Of a stretch of 64,000 nucleotides of DNA, positions 9,889 to 18,895 are shown piece after piece. The stretch spans positions 15,145 to 79,144 of the forward strand of contig DAOUAM010000053.1 of assembly GCA_034433305.1 (NCBI GenBank), given 5' to 3'. The notes beneath the pieces are model-generated. The model did not search any database. It saw only the letters and a program-made list of their open reading frames with translations, and was not told where the DNA came from. The translations under genes and the position numbers were made by a program. Positions within the stretch are counted from its first letter, which is position 1. Each line of letters opens with the position of its first letter. Origin of the DNA: Dehalococcoidia bacterium (GTDB taxonomy: Bacteria > Chloroflexota > Dehalococcoidia > Lucifugimonadales > DAOUAM01).

Positions 9889-9975
9889 CGGCCCTCGCTG
9901 GCCCCCACCGGCCACTGGGCCGCTGAGTCGGGCTTGCGCTGGCGCAGTCCGCCGAAAAGCGCCTGTCCAGGAGCA

Positions 9976-10013
9976 GGTGAAGGGGACATCCGCACCCAGA
10001 TGTCCCCTTCACC
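9976..10013 (-). terminator. terminator-like hairpin downstream of the small zinc-ribbon gene
   Basis: 15-bp perfect stem GGTGAAGGGGACATC / GATGTCCCCTTCACC with an 8-nt loop. There is no adjacent T-tract, so intrinsic termination is uncertain. Confidence 0.35.
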
Positions 10014-10039
10014 AAAGGGCTAGCACAGTGGGCGGTGCG

Positions 10040-10132
10040 CTACCATCCTGGGCGTCGCGCGCCGCATTTGCCGCAGAAAACATCGCGCATGGGGCCGTTC
10101 TCGTGCCCGCACTTCTCGCATTTCCACGACAT
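10040..10132 (-). CDS. 30-aa zinc-ribbon protein
   Basis: Embedded in track ORF 10040..10441. ATG 10132 is preceded by AAAGGAGGT. The product MSWKCEKCGHENGPMRDVFCGKCGARRPGW has paired CxxC motifs. Confidence 0.55.
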   Translation of the reverse strand: MSWKCEKCGHENGPMRDVFCGKCGARRPGW

Positions 10133-10377
10133 GGCCACCGTACCTCCTTTCCTCACCATATTGTTACTCAGTACTAAAATTACCCAAAACGCCTGCCCTC
10201 TGTCCATATCCAGCGCAGCCCGGTGGAGCGCTCCCATGTGCCCTGGACGTTTCCCCCGAGCGCGTGGACGTGAAGCGGCCCTGGCCTCGCTGAGCAGGCC
10301 GCCGTCTAGCCCAGGAACACACGTCTCAGCCAGCCGCGTGCGCGGCCCATGTACGCCAGGGGAGTACTCCGCGCCGA

Positions 10378-10407
10378 TTGACCCTTCCTTTCCCATGGGC
10401 TTATAAT
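10378..10407 (+). promoter_or_regulatory. sigma-70-like promoter of the purF operon
   Basis: TTGACC (10378-10383), 18 nt, TATAAT (10402-10407). It lies about 75 nt before the purF ATG. Confidence 0.55.
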
Positions 10408-10481
10408 GCAACCGTGGCGACTCCGACGGGATGTGGCTCATCGGCGCCGCCGGCCGCGCATGCTAGCTGAAGGGGCCAGTA

Positions 10482-11933
10482 ATGATAGCGGAAGACCGAC
10501 ATCCTCGGGAGGCCTGTGGGGTGGTCGGGGTCTATTCCAGGGGCGACGACGTTGCACGTGTCGCCTTTTTTGGTCTATACGCCCTCCAGCATAGAGGCCA
10601 GGAAAGCGTGGGCATCGCCACAGCCGATGGCCAGCGCATCCGAGTGAGGACGGCCATGGGCCTGGTGGGACAGAGCTTCCAGGAAGAGGACCTGGCCCGC
10701 CTGATAGGCCACATCTCCGTGGGCCATACCCGCTACTCCACAACCGGCTCCAGCCACATCCGCAACGCTCAGCCCATCATCTCGCGTGGCCCCGAAATAG
10801 AGCTGGCGCTGGCCCACAATGGCAACGTGATAAACGCCCTGGAGCTTAAGCAGGAGCTTACCCAGTTGGGCTGCACCTTCTCCGGCAGCAACGACTCGGA
10901 GATAATCGCCCACCTGATGGCTAACGCTCCCGCGTCCACCTGGGAAGAGCGCATCGCCTACTGCATGCGGCGCCTCAGGGGCGCCTACTCGCTGGCGGTG
11001 ATGACCAGGGACGCCCTGCTGGGCATACGGGACCCGCTGGGCGTCAGGCCCCTGTGCATAGGCAAGCTCAACGGCGGCTGGGTCATCGCCTCGGAGACCT
11101 GTGCCCTGGACCACATCGGCGCGGAGTTTGTGCGAGAGGTACGGCCAGGGGAGGCGGTCCTGATAGACGAGAGGGGCATGCGGACGGTGTACCAGCGGGA
11201 GCCAGACGAGGCCCGCGAGGCCATGTGCATCTTCGAGTACATCTACTTCGCCCGGCCCGACAGCACCATCAATGGCAGGCTGGTGTACACCACTCGCATG
11301 GCCATGGGCGCCGAGCTCGCCCGCGAGCACCCCGTGGAGGCCGACATGGTCATTGGCATACCGGACTCGGCCATCGCCGCGGCGGTGGGCTACTCCCAGG
11401 CTTCGGGCATACCTTATGGCGAGGGGCTGGTAAAAAACCGCTACGTGGGCCGCACCTTCATCCTGCCAGACCAGCGCCTGCGCGACCTGGGCGTCCGCAG
11501 GAAGCTGAACCCGCTGCCCGACCTCATCAAGGACAAGCGCCTGGTGGTGGTGGATGACAGCGTAGTAAGGGGCACTACGACGCCGCACGTGGTCAACCTG
11601 CTCAGGAGGGGTGGGGCCAGGGAGGTCCATCTGCGTATCTGCGCGCCGCCAATCATGTGGCCCTGCTTCTTTGGCGTGGACATGGCTACCCGCCGCGAGT
11701 TGATTGCCGCCAATATGAGCGTCGAGGAGATCAGAAAGAGCGTGGGCGCCGATTCCCTGGGCTACCTGAGCCACACGGGCCTGGTCCGCGCCGTCGGCCT
11801 GCCCAGGGACAAGTTCTGCATGGCCTGCTTCACCGGCAAGTACCCCATTCCGGTGCAACTGGAACTGGACAAGCTGGCGCTGGAGTCCGAGGACGGCCCC
11901 ACTGCGTGCATCCACACGCCAGCCCTGACCTGA
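10482..11933 (+). CDS. purF: amidophosphoribosyltransferase
   Basis: 483 aa. The Ntn-type N-terminus reads ...EACGVVGV, and the PRPP-binding motif is VVVDDSVVRGTT. Confidence 0.95.
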   Translation: MIAEDRHPREACGVVGVYSRGDDVARVAFFGLYALQHRGQESVGIATADGQRIRVRTAMGLVGQSFQEEDLARLIGHISVGHTRYSTTGSSHIRNAQPIISRGPEIELALAHNGNVINALELKQELTQLGCTFSGSNDSEIIAHLMANAPASTWEERIAYCMRRLRGAYSLAVMTRDALLGIRDPLGVRPLCIGKLNGGWVIASETCALDHIGAEFVREVRPGEAVLIDERGMRTVYQREPDEAREAMCIFEYIYFARPDSTINGRLVYTTRMAMGAELAREHPVEADMVIGIPDSAIAAAVGYSQASGIPYGEGLVKNRYVGRTFILPDQRLRDLGVRRKLNPLPDLIKDKRLVVVDDSVVRGTTTPHVVNLLRRGGAREVHLRICAPPIMWPCFFGVDMATRRELIAANMSVEEIRKSVGADSLGYLSHTGLVRAVGLPRDKFCMACFTGKYPIPVQLELDKLALESEDGPTACIHTPALT

Positions 11934-11999
11934 GGCGCTGGCCGAAAGCTCTCACTGCGGCCCCAACGGAAGCAGCCTCGCCCCGTTGAGAGACAGACC

Positions 12000-13013
12000 A
12001 TGACCGAAATGACCTATAGAGCAGCAGGTGTCAACCTCGACGCTGCCCAGGCAGTCAAGCGCAGGATAAAGGACATAGTAGCCCCCACCTACACGCCCGA
12101 CGTCCTGGGCGGCGTGGGCGGCTTCGGCGCTTTGTTCCAGCTTGCCGGGTACAGGGAGCCGGTGCTGGTCTCCAGCACAGACGGCGTCGGCACCAAGCTC
12201 AAGCTGGCTACCATGATGGGCCGTTACGACACAGTGGGCATTGACCTGGTCAACGCCTGCATAAATGACGTTGTCGTGTGCGGTGCCAGGCCCCTCTTCT
12301 TCCTGGACTACATAGCCGTGGGCAGACTGCAGCCCGACGTGGTGGAAACGCTGGTGGCGGGGATGGCCCAGGCCTGCAAGGCGGCAGGCTGCGCCCTCAT
12401 CGGAGGGGAGACGGCCCAGATGCCCGGCCTGTACGCCGAGTCCGACTTCGACCTGGCCGGGTTCGTGGTGGGTGTGGTGGAGAAGAGCGCCATACCGGAC
12501 TTCTCCACCATCAAAGAAGGCGACACCCTCCTGGGCATCCCTTCCAATGGCCTGCACACCAACGGGTACTCCCTGGCCCGCCGGATACTGGGCCTGGACC
12601 AGGACCCCTCGCCGCTCAGGGAGTCCGTGCCTGGGCTGGGCCAGACGCTGGGAGAGGCGCTGCTGACTCCACACCGTGGGTACTACCCCCTGCTGGAGCC
12701 GGTGTTCCCGCTGGTCAAAGGCATGGCGCACATTACTGGCGGCGGGCTGGTGGAAAACGTGCCACGCGTGCTGCCGGATGGCCTGGGCGCGGCCTTCGAC
12801 ACAGCCACCTGGGACGTCCCGCCCATCTTCAGGCTGCTCCAGGAGCGAGGCAACGTCTCGCGGGACGAGATGTTCCGCGTCTTCAACATGGGCCTGGGCG
12901 TCGTCCTGGTCTGCGAACCAGCCAGGGCCAGACGCATCATATCCCTGCTGCCAGAGGCCAGGGTAGTCGGAAGCGTGGTAAGGGCACAGGGTGAGCAGAG
13001 AGTGTTTGTCTAG
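12000..13013 (+). CDS. purM: phosphoribosylformylglycinamidine cyclo-ligase (AIR synthase)
   Basis: 337 aa with YRAAGVNLD, VSSTDGVGTKLKLA and DLVNACINDVVVCGARPLFFLDY. Confidence 0.95.
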   Translation: MTEMTYRAAGVNLDAAQAVKRRIKDIVAPTYTPDVLGGVGGFGALFQLAGYREPVLVSSTDGVGTKLKLATMMGRYDTVGIDLVNACINDVVVCGARPLFFLDYIAVGRLQPDVVETLVAGMAQACKAAGCALIGGETAQMPGLYAESDFDLAGFVVGVVEKSAIPDFSTIKEGDTLLGIPSNGLHTNGYSLARRILGLDQDPSPLRESVPGLGQTLGEALLTPHRGYYPLLEPVFPLVKGMAHITGGGLVENVPRVLPDGLGAAFDTATWDVPPIFRLLQERGNVSRDEMFRVFNMGLGVVLVCEPARARRIISLLPEARVVGSVVRAQGEQRVFV

Positions 13014-13017
13014 TCCC

Positions 13018-14559
13018 ATGAAGGCGCTGCTTAGCGTATATGACAAGAACGGCATCGTGGACTTCGCCAGGGCGCTGCTGAGCGCCGGTCTGGAGTTGGT
13101 GAGCACTGGCCGCACCCACAGCACGCTGACCGAGGCGGGGCTGCCTGTCCAGCAGGTCTCGGACCTGACAGGCTTCCCCGAAATCCTGGACGGGCGCGTG
13201 AAGACGCTGCATCCAAAGGTGCATGGGGGCATCCTGGCGCGCCGGGACGTGGCCAGCCACGCGGCCCAGCTTGCCCAGCACCGCATTGAGGCCATTGACC
13301 TGGTGGCGGTGAACCTTTATCCCTTCGTGGAGACGGTCAGCCGGCCGGGCGTGACGCTGGAAGAGGCCCTGGAGAACATAGATATAGGCGGGCCGGCCAT
13401 GGTCCGCGCGGCGGCCAAGAACTTCCCCCACGTGGTCGTGGTAGTGGACCCGGGCGACTATGGCTGGATCGCCGAGCGGCTGTCCAGGGCCGCCGGCAGC
13501 GAGGCCCCGCTGGCGCTGGTGACGCTGGAGGAGCGCAGGGCGCTGGCCCGCAAGGCCTTCCAGCACGTCGCCCTGTACGACACCGCCGTCGCCCAGTACC
13601 TGGGCCATGGCGACCTGCTCTCCAGCGCCGAGGTCACGCTGGGCTACAGGAAGCTGTCCGACCTGCGCTACGGCGAGAACCCTCACCAGCGCGCCTCGCT
13701 CTACGCCGACGTGCTCTCCACGGGGGGCATCGTCCGGGCGAAGCAGCTCCACGGGCAGGAGTTGTCCTTCAACAACATCCTGGACGCCGATGCCGCCTGG
13801 CGGGTCGTGTCCGAGTTCCGAGACAACGCCGTGGCGGTCATAAAGCACAACAACCCCTGCGGCCTGGCCGTGCATCCTGACCAGCCCACGGCCTACCGCC
13901 GCGCCTACGAAGGCGACACCGTCTCCGCCTATGGCGGCATAGTCGGCTTCAACCGCGTGGTGACCGCGGCCACCGCCGAGGCCATGCGGGGCGTGTTCTA
14001 CGAGGTCATCGTGGCGCCAGGGTACGAGTCGGGGGCACTGGAGGCGCTTCGCCGACGCCGGGCCAGGGTGCTGGAGGTAACGCCCGAGGCGGGCCTGGTG
14101 AAGCGCCTGGACGTCCGTCGCGTCTCCGGTGGTGCGCTGCTCCAGGAGTCCGACGACGTGGAGGAAGATGCCACTTCATGGAGGGTGGTCACCCGGCGCC
14201 AGCCAACGGAGACAGAGTTGGCGGACTTGCTCTTCGCCTGGAAGGCTTGCAAGCACGTCAAGTCCAACGCTATTGTGCTGGCCAGGGACAGCACCCTGGT
14301 AGGCATGGGAGCGGGCCAGCCCAACCGCGTGACCAGCGTCCACCTGGCGCTGCGCGCCGCCGGGGAGAGGGCCAGGGGCAGCGTGCTGGCTTCGGATGCC
14401 TTCTTCCCCTTCGCCGACAACGTAGAACTGGCCGGGCAGGGCGGCATAACCGCCATAGTCCAGCCCGGCGGCTCCATCCGGGACGAGGAGGTCGTCGCCG
14501 CCGCCAACCGTCTCAACCTGGCGATGGTCTTTACTGGCATACGCCACTTCAGGCACTAG
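13018..14559 (+). CDS. purH: bifunctional AICAR transformylase / IMP cyclohydrolase
   Basis: MKALLSVYDKNGIVDFA...GRVKTLHPKVHGGIL. The track ORF starts at 12991, and the ATG at 13018 lies 4 nt after the purM stop. Confidence 0.95.
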   Translation: MKALLSVYDKNGIVDFARALLSAGLELVSTGRTHSTLTEAGLPVQQVSDLTGFPEILDGRVKTLHPKVHGGILARRDVASHAAQLAQHRIEAIDLVAVNLYPFVETVSRPGVTLEEALENIDIGGPAMVRAAAKNFPHVVVVVDPGDYGWIAERLSRAAGSEAPLALVTLEERRALARKAFQHVALYDTAVAQYLGHGDLLSSAEVTLGYRKLSDLRYGENPHQRASLYADVLSTGGIVRAKQLHGQELSFNNILDADAAWRVVSEFRDNAVAVIKHNNPCGLAVHPDQPTAYRRAYEGDTVSAYGGIVGFNRVVTAATAEAMRGVFYEVIVAPGYESGALEALRRRRARVLEVTPEAGLVKRLDVRRVSGGALLQESDDVEEDATSWRVVTRRQPTETELADLLFAWKACKHVKSNAIVLARDSTLVGMGAGQPNRVTSVHLALRAAGERARGSVLASDAFFPFADNVELAGQGGITAIVQPGGSIRDEEVVAAANRLNLAMVFTGIRHFRH

Positions 14560-14607
14560 GCGGATGGCCGATTCTGTTTGAATTCGCTACATAAGGAAGG
14601 CCATCCT

Positions 14608-14664
14608 GTAGGGGCATGCCTCGTGCCTGCCCTGGCCCTGGGCAACCACAAGGGTTGCCCCTAC
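14608..14664. repeat. REP-like nested palindromic element after purH
   Basis: Outer inverted repeat GTAGGGGCA (14608-14616) / TGCCCCTAC (14656-14664). Inner hairpin GGCAACC-acaag-GGTTGCC (14641-14659). The track ORF 14578 reads through it (..VGACLVPAL..GNHKGCPY..). Confidence 0.6.
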
Positions 14665-14682
14665 TCAAAGAAAGGTAGTCCT

Positions 14683-15444
14683 GTGTCCACTTCCCTGGAT
14701 GTTGTCATACCCGTCCTGAACGAGGAGCGAGACCTGCCGCCCAGCGTGAGCAGGCTCAGGGAGTTCCTGTCTGCCCGGATGGGTGGCTACCAGTGGCGCA
14801 TTGTCGTCGCCGACAACGGCTCCACCGACTCGACCCTGGACATCGCCAGGCGCATGGCGGCTGAGGACTCGCGCATCGGGTACATCCGGCTGGAGCAGCG
14901 CGGGCGTGGACGGGCCGTGCGCAAGGCGTGGCTGGAGAGCAGCGCCGATGTAGTGTGCTACATGGACGTGGACCTGTCCACGGACCTGGAGTACCTGCCC
15001 GCGCTGGTGGAGGCCATCAGCGCCCAGGGCTACGACCTGGCCATCGGCTCGCGGCTCAAGAAGGGCGCCCAGGTCACAGGTCGCTCCCTGAAGCGGGAGT
15101 TCTTCTCCAGGGCCTACAGCCTGACCTTCAGGACAATGTTCCAGACGCGGTTCCAGGATGCCCAGTGCGGGTTCAAGGCCATATCGCGCCAGGCCGCCCG
15201 GGAGCTGCTGCCCCTGGTACAGGACACGGGCTGGTTCTTCGATACCGAGCTGCTCATTCTGGCCGAGAAGAACGGCTACAGGATCATGGAAGTGCCCGTA
15301 AGGTGGACAGACGACCCGGACACGCGGGTGAAGGTGCTGCGCACAGCCTACCTGGACCTGAAGGGGCTGCTCAGGCTGCGCTTCGGCGGCCTGCGGCGGG
15401 CATCCCGGGAGATCCAGGCCCAGCGCCATCCGAGCCAGGTTTAG
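14683..15444 (+). CDS. family-2 glycosyltransferase (dolichyl/polyprenyl-phosphate sugar synthase-like)
   Basis: VVIPVLNEE...VADNGSTD...DVDLS motifs. The likely start is GTG 14683, downstream of the REP element, rather than the track start 14578. Confidence 0.8.
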   Translation: MSTSLDVVIPVLNEERDLPPSVSRLREFLSARMGGYQWRIVVADNGSTDSTLDIARRMAAEDSRIGYIRLEQRGRGRAVRKAWLESSADVVCYMDVDLSTDLEYLPALVEAISAQGYDLAIGSRLKKGAQVTGRSLKREFFSRAYSLTFRTMFQTRFQDAQCGFKAISRQAARELLPLVQDTGWFFDTELLILAEKNGYRIMEVPVRWTDDPDTRVKVLRTAYLDLKGLLRLRFGGLRRASREIQAQRHPSQV

Positions 15445-15495
15445 CATGGGGCAGACCAGACAATTCTTTAGATTAGCGCGGTGCCACCGCTGGCC

Positions 15496-15524
15496 TTGCA
15501 GACCGGTTGAGCGCAAGCTAACAT
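15496..15524 (+). promoter_or_regulatory. candidate promoter of pncA
   Basis: TTGCAG (15496-15501), 17 nt, TAACAT (15519-15524). It lies about 45 nt before ATG 15568. Confidence 0.4.
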
Positions 15525-15567
15525 AGTTATCTCGGAAGCCGGGCAACTTCTTGTGGAGGCGGTAAGT

Positions 15568-16110
15568 ATGGCCAATGTGGTGCTGGTGGTTGACATGCTC
15601 AACGGGTTCCTGGAGCCAGGCCATAACCTGTACTGCGGTGACGACGCCCGCAAGATTATACCCAACGTGCAGCGACTCATCGAGTCGGAGCAGGCCAGAG
15701 GCTCCAGGGTCTTTTTTATCTGCGATACCCACGACCCGGACGACCTGGAGTTCAAGATGTTCCCGGTACACTGCGTGCGGGGCACCCGCGAGTCAGAGGT
15801 CATACCTGAGCTTGCGCGCTACAAGGGAGAGACTATCCGCAAGCGTCGGTACAGCGCCTTCTTCGAGACCGACCTGGAGCGCCGCCTGGCGGAGCTACGG
15901 CCAGAGAAGGTTATAATCTGCGGCGTGTGCACCGACATCTGCGTTATGCACACCGCCGCCGACGCACGCAACCGCGACTACCCGGTGGAGGTGCCCGTTA
16001 ACTGCGTGGCCACCTTCGACCCCGAAGCCCACAGGTACGCGCTGCGCCACATGGAGAAAATCCTCGGCTGCAAGCTGGTGCCGGAGCCGGCCGTAAGGGC
16101 CGCCAGATGA
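15568..16110 (+). CDS. pncA: isochorismatase-family cysteine hydrolase, probable nicotinamidase
   Basis: GGAGG lies 8 nt before ATG 15568. Triad context is VVDMLN, RKRRYSAF and GVCTDICV. The next gene is a nicotinate phosphoribosyltransferase. Confidence 0.7.
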   Translation: MANVVLVVDMLNGFLEPGHNLYCGDDARKIIPNVQRLIESEQARGSRVFFICDTHDPDDLEFKMFPVHCVRGTRESEVIPELARYKGETIRKRRYSAFFETDLERRLAELRPEKVIICGVCTDICVMHTAADARNRDYPVEVPVNCVATFDPEAHRYALRHMEKILGCKLVPEPAVRAAR

Positions 16111-16178
16111 AGTCAGTGGCCTCCTGCTCCCCGTGGGCCGTCCTATGCCTTACTCTTTCCTGGTACTGGTGAGAATAC

Positions 16179-17177
16179 ATGGTAAACCCCGAATTTGACA
16201 TAAGACCGGCCGTCCTGGTTGGCGAGACCGCCAACGTACACCTGCAACGCGCCCTCACAGTCTTGCGCAACGAGGGCATCAACCCGCCGGTCACAATGGA
16301 GTTCTATCCGCGCACAAAAGGCGTGCTGTGCGGAGTCAAGGAGGCGCGGGCCTTGCTGGCCAAAGTGCTTCCCGAAGCAGGCTCCGAGGTCTGGGCGCTG
16401 GAGGAGGGAGAGGCCGTGGCGGCCAGCGAGGTCGTCCTGCGTGTCAAGGCCCCCTATGGCTCCTTCGGGCTGTACGAGACTGCTATAACAGGCATCCTCT
16501 CCAGTTGTACCGGCTGGGCCAGCGCCGCGCGCCAGTGCGCCGAGGCCGCGCAGGGCATACCAGTGGTCTCCCTGGCCGCCAGGTACTCCCACCCCTCCAT
16601 CGCGGGCATTGTGGACTATGCGGCAGTTATAGGCGGCTGCGTGTCTTGCTCCTCCGCGCTGGGAGCCAAGCTGTCCGGGGTCACTCCCTCGGGCAACATG
16701 CCCTATGCCCTGCCTCTTCTCATGGGCGACACGGTGAAGGCCATCCAGAGCTTCGACCGCCACATGCCCCAGGAGGTGCCCAGGGTGGCCCTGATAGACA
16801 CCTTCAAGGACGAGGCGGAGGAAGCCCTTAACGTGGCCCGCGCCCTGAAGGAAAAGCTGCGGGGCGTCTGGCTCAGCACGGCCAGGGAGCGTGGCGGCGT
16901 CACGCCGGACCTGGTGAAGGAGCTACGGGGCCGGCTGGACCAGGCCGGTTTCCGCCACGTGGAGCTGTGGGTCAGCGGCGGCGTCACACCCGAGCGCATA
17001 CGCCACTTCGCCGAAAACAACGCGCCGGTCAACGGCTTCGGCGTGGGCGCCTACATCTGCCGCGCCGGCCCGGTGGAGTTCGCCGCCGACATACAGGAGG
17101 TGGAGGGCAAGCCCATCAGCAGGAGGGGACGCATTCCGGGCATCACGCCCAGTCCGCGCCTCAATCGCGTCATGTAG
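16179..17177 (+). CDS. pncB: nicotinate phosphoribosyltransferase family (short type II PRTase)
   Basis: 332 aa. The family call rests on overall resemblance to type II PRTases plus pairing with pncA. The exact specificity is not provable by eye. Confidence 0.6.
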   Translation: MVNPEFDIRPAVLVGETANVHLQRALTVLRNEGINPPVTMEFYPRTKGVLCGVKEARALLAKVLPEAGSEVWALEEGEAVAASEVVLRVKAPYGSFGLYETAITGILSSCTGWASAARQCAEAAQGIPVVSLAARYSHPSIAGIVDYAAVIGGCVSCSSALGAKLSGVTPSGNMPYALPLLMGDTVKAIQSFDRHMPQEVPRVALIDTFKDEAEEALNVARALKEKLRGVWLSTARERGGVTPDLVKELRGRLDQAGFRHVELWVSGGVTPERIRHFAENNAPVNGFGVGAYICRAGPVEFAADIQEVEGKPISRRGRIPGITPSPRLNRVM

Positions 17178-18708
17178 GGCTGAACTCTATCTGTAGCTCC
17201 TGGCTGGTGCCCTCCGTCACCCTGGCCCATTCAGCAATGCGCCAGCCCACGACCCAGGCGATGCCCCTGGGCGCCACCACCAGCGGGATGCGGTCGCGCC
17301 ACGGCCTGGGCACCCTGGCATCCACCATGAAGTCCTGCAGCTTCTTGCTCTCACCCATGCCCAGGGGCTGGAAGCGGTCGCCCGGCCGGCGAGGGCGCAC
17401 CCGCAGCTCGCCCCCCATCGCCGCGTAGTCGAAGCGGGCGAAGGTGCCATCTGGGGCGTGGGCAAGGGCGGAGGCTATGCCAGCACCCTCGCCTCGTCTG
17501 GCCAGGCGTACCGTGACACGCCAGCCCGGGACTGCTGTCTCCCCTGGCACCTGGAGCCTGTATTCCCCTTCCAGCGGCGGCAGCGGGCAGCTTTCCTCGC
17601 CAGACCTGGCCAGCGTGGCCTGGCCGTAGCTGACGGCAAAGCTCAGGCCACCTGGCAGGGCCAGGGACTTCCCAGCCGGCCCGGCCATCAGCCGCACCAT
17701 TTCCTCCACGTGTACCTGTTGGACGCCCTCCAGGTCTCCCTTCATTTCCAGCACGGCGCGCCTGAGCAGGTGGCCCTGGATGGCATCAGGCAGGGCGGAG
17801 AAGGCGGCCCTGCTGAGGGCCAGGACTCCTTCCCCCTGGCGCGCCACGACCACGGGCCACACCCTCTCCACCTCGGCCTCCAGGTAGGCCAGGTCGCGGG
17901 CCACGGACCTGGAAAGCCGCAGGAGGGCGTCCCTGATAGCGGGGTTGGACTGCTGGAGCAGTGGCACCAGTTGCAGCCTGATGCGGTTGCGGGCCACGTC
18001 GGCGTACAGATTGGACTCGTCCTGGCGAGGCGACAGGCCCAGGGCCTGGCAGTAGGCCAGCGTTTCCTTCCTGGTGACCTCCAGCATGGGCCGCGCCAGC
18101 ACGACGCTCCTGCCATCGAAGACGTGGCGGGACAACGGCGCCATCCCGCGCAGGCCCGTAAGGCCGCTGCCGCGCACCAGGTGGAGCAGGACGGTCTCGG
18201 CCTGGTCATCGGCGGTGTGGCCGAGGGCCACGGCGTCGGCCCGCTGCTCCACCGCCACCCTGGCCAGGAAGGCGTAGCGCACCTGCCGCGCGGCCTGCTC
18301 CAGCGAGAGGCGGTGCTCTCGCCGGTAGGCCGCCACGTCAGCGGCCTCCACCGTGCCAGGGACGCCCAGGGCGCGGAATGTCTCCGCGACGAACATGGCG
18401 TCCTCCTCCGAGGCGCGGCCGCGCAGCCGGTGGTCCAGGTGGGCGCCGTGGAGCCGCAGCCCCAGGTCAGCCCGCAGGCGGTGCAGGGCGTAGAGCAGCG
18501 CCAGCGAGTCAGGCCCGCCGGACACGGCGACCACCAGGAGCTTGCCGCCGGCCAGGCCGCTCCGCTCCAGGGCAGCCTTCACCCGGCGCTCCAGGCGGAC
18601 GATGGCTTGCTGGTCAGTCTGTGGTCTCGGACCCATGAGGGCACCGCCTGTAGCACCTTGAATTGCGTCTGGAAAGGGGTAAGGTGACCAGCCATTCATG
18701 ACGAACAC
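17170..18708 (-). CDS. tilS: tRNA(Ile)-lysidine synthase
   Basis: 512 aa with SGGPDS PP-loop, LGHTADDQAETVL and a C-terminal TilS domain. It overlaps the preceding gene convergently by 8 nt. Confidence 0.85.
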   Translation of the reverse strand: MFVMNGWSPYPFPDAIQGATGGALMGPRPQTDQQAIVRLERRVKAALERSGLAGGKLLVVAVSGGPDSLALLYALHRLRADLGLRLHGAHLDHRLRGRASEEDAMFVAETFRALGVPGTVEAADVAAYRREHRLSLEQAARQVRYAFLARVAVEQRADAVALGHTADDQAETVLLHLVRGSGLTGLRGMAPLSRHVFDGRSVVLARPMLEVTRKETLAYCQALGLSPRQDESNLYADVARNRIRLQLVPLLQQSNPAIRDALLRLSRSVARDLAYLEAEVERVWPVVVARQGEGVLALSRAAFSALPDAIQGHLLRRAVLEMKGDLEGVQQVHVEEMVRLMAGPAGKSLALPGGLSFAVSYGQATLARSGEESCPLPPLEGEYRLQVPGETAVPGWRVTVRLARRGEGAGIASALAHAPDGTFARFDYAAMGGELRVRPRRPGDRFQPLGMGESKKLQDFMVDARVPRPWRDRIPLVVAPRGIAWVVGWRIAEWARVTEGTSQELQIEFSPT

Positions 18709-18755
18709 TCAGCCTGAAAACGCTCTGGTAGTGCGTCAACATATTCTTGATGAAG

Positions 18756-18875
18756 GGCTTCACCCTCATCCCAACCTTCTCCCGTCAAGGGAGAAGGGGT
18801 ATTTCCTCTCTCCTGGCGGGAGAGGACTGAACCTGCCCTGAGCCTGCCGAAGGAGTGAGGGGGAAACGCCCCGTC
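18756..18875. repeat. REP-like composite intergenic element (family A)
   Basis: Starts with GGCTTCACCC and holds tandem hairpins (CCTTCTCCC-gtcaa-GGGAGAAGG at 18775-18797; CTCTCC-tggcg-GGAGAG). The core CCTGCCCTGAGCCTGCCGAAGGAG (18832-18855) recurs at 26615 and 26706. Confidence 0.65.
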
Positions 18876-18895
18876 AAAATCTAGTTGACACAGCA

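Noticed and set aside
10408-10481. A purine, ZTP or PRPP riboswitch, or a PurBox, upstream of purF.
   Set aside because: The leader is only about 70 nt. It lacks the purine-aptamer loops and the ZTP CCGCCTGGGC-type motif. The partial resemblance (cgccgccggcc) is not convincing.
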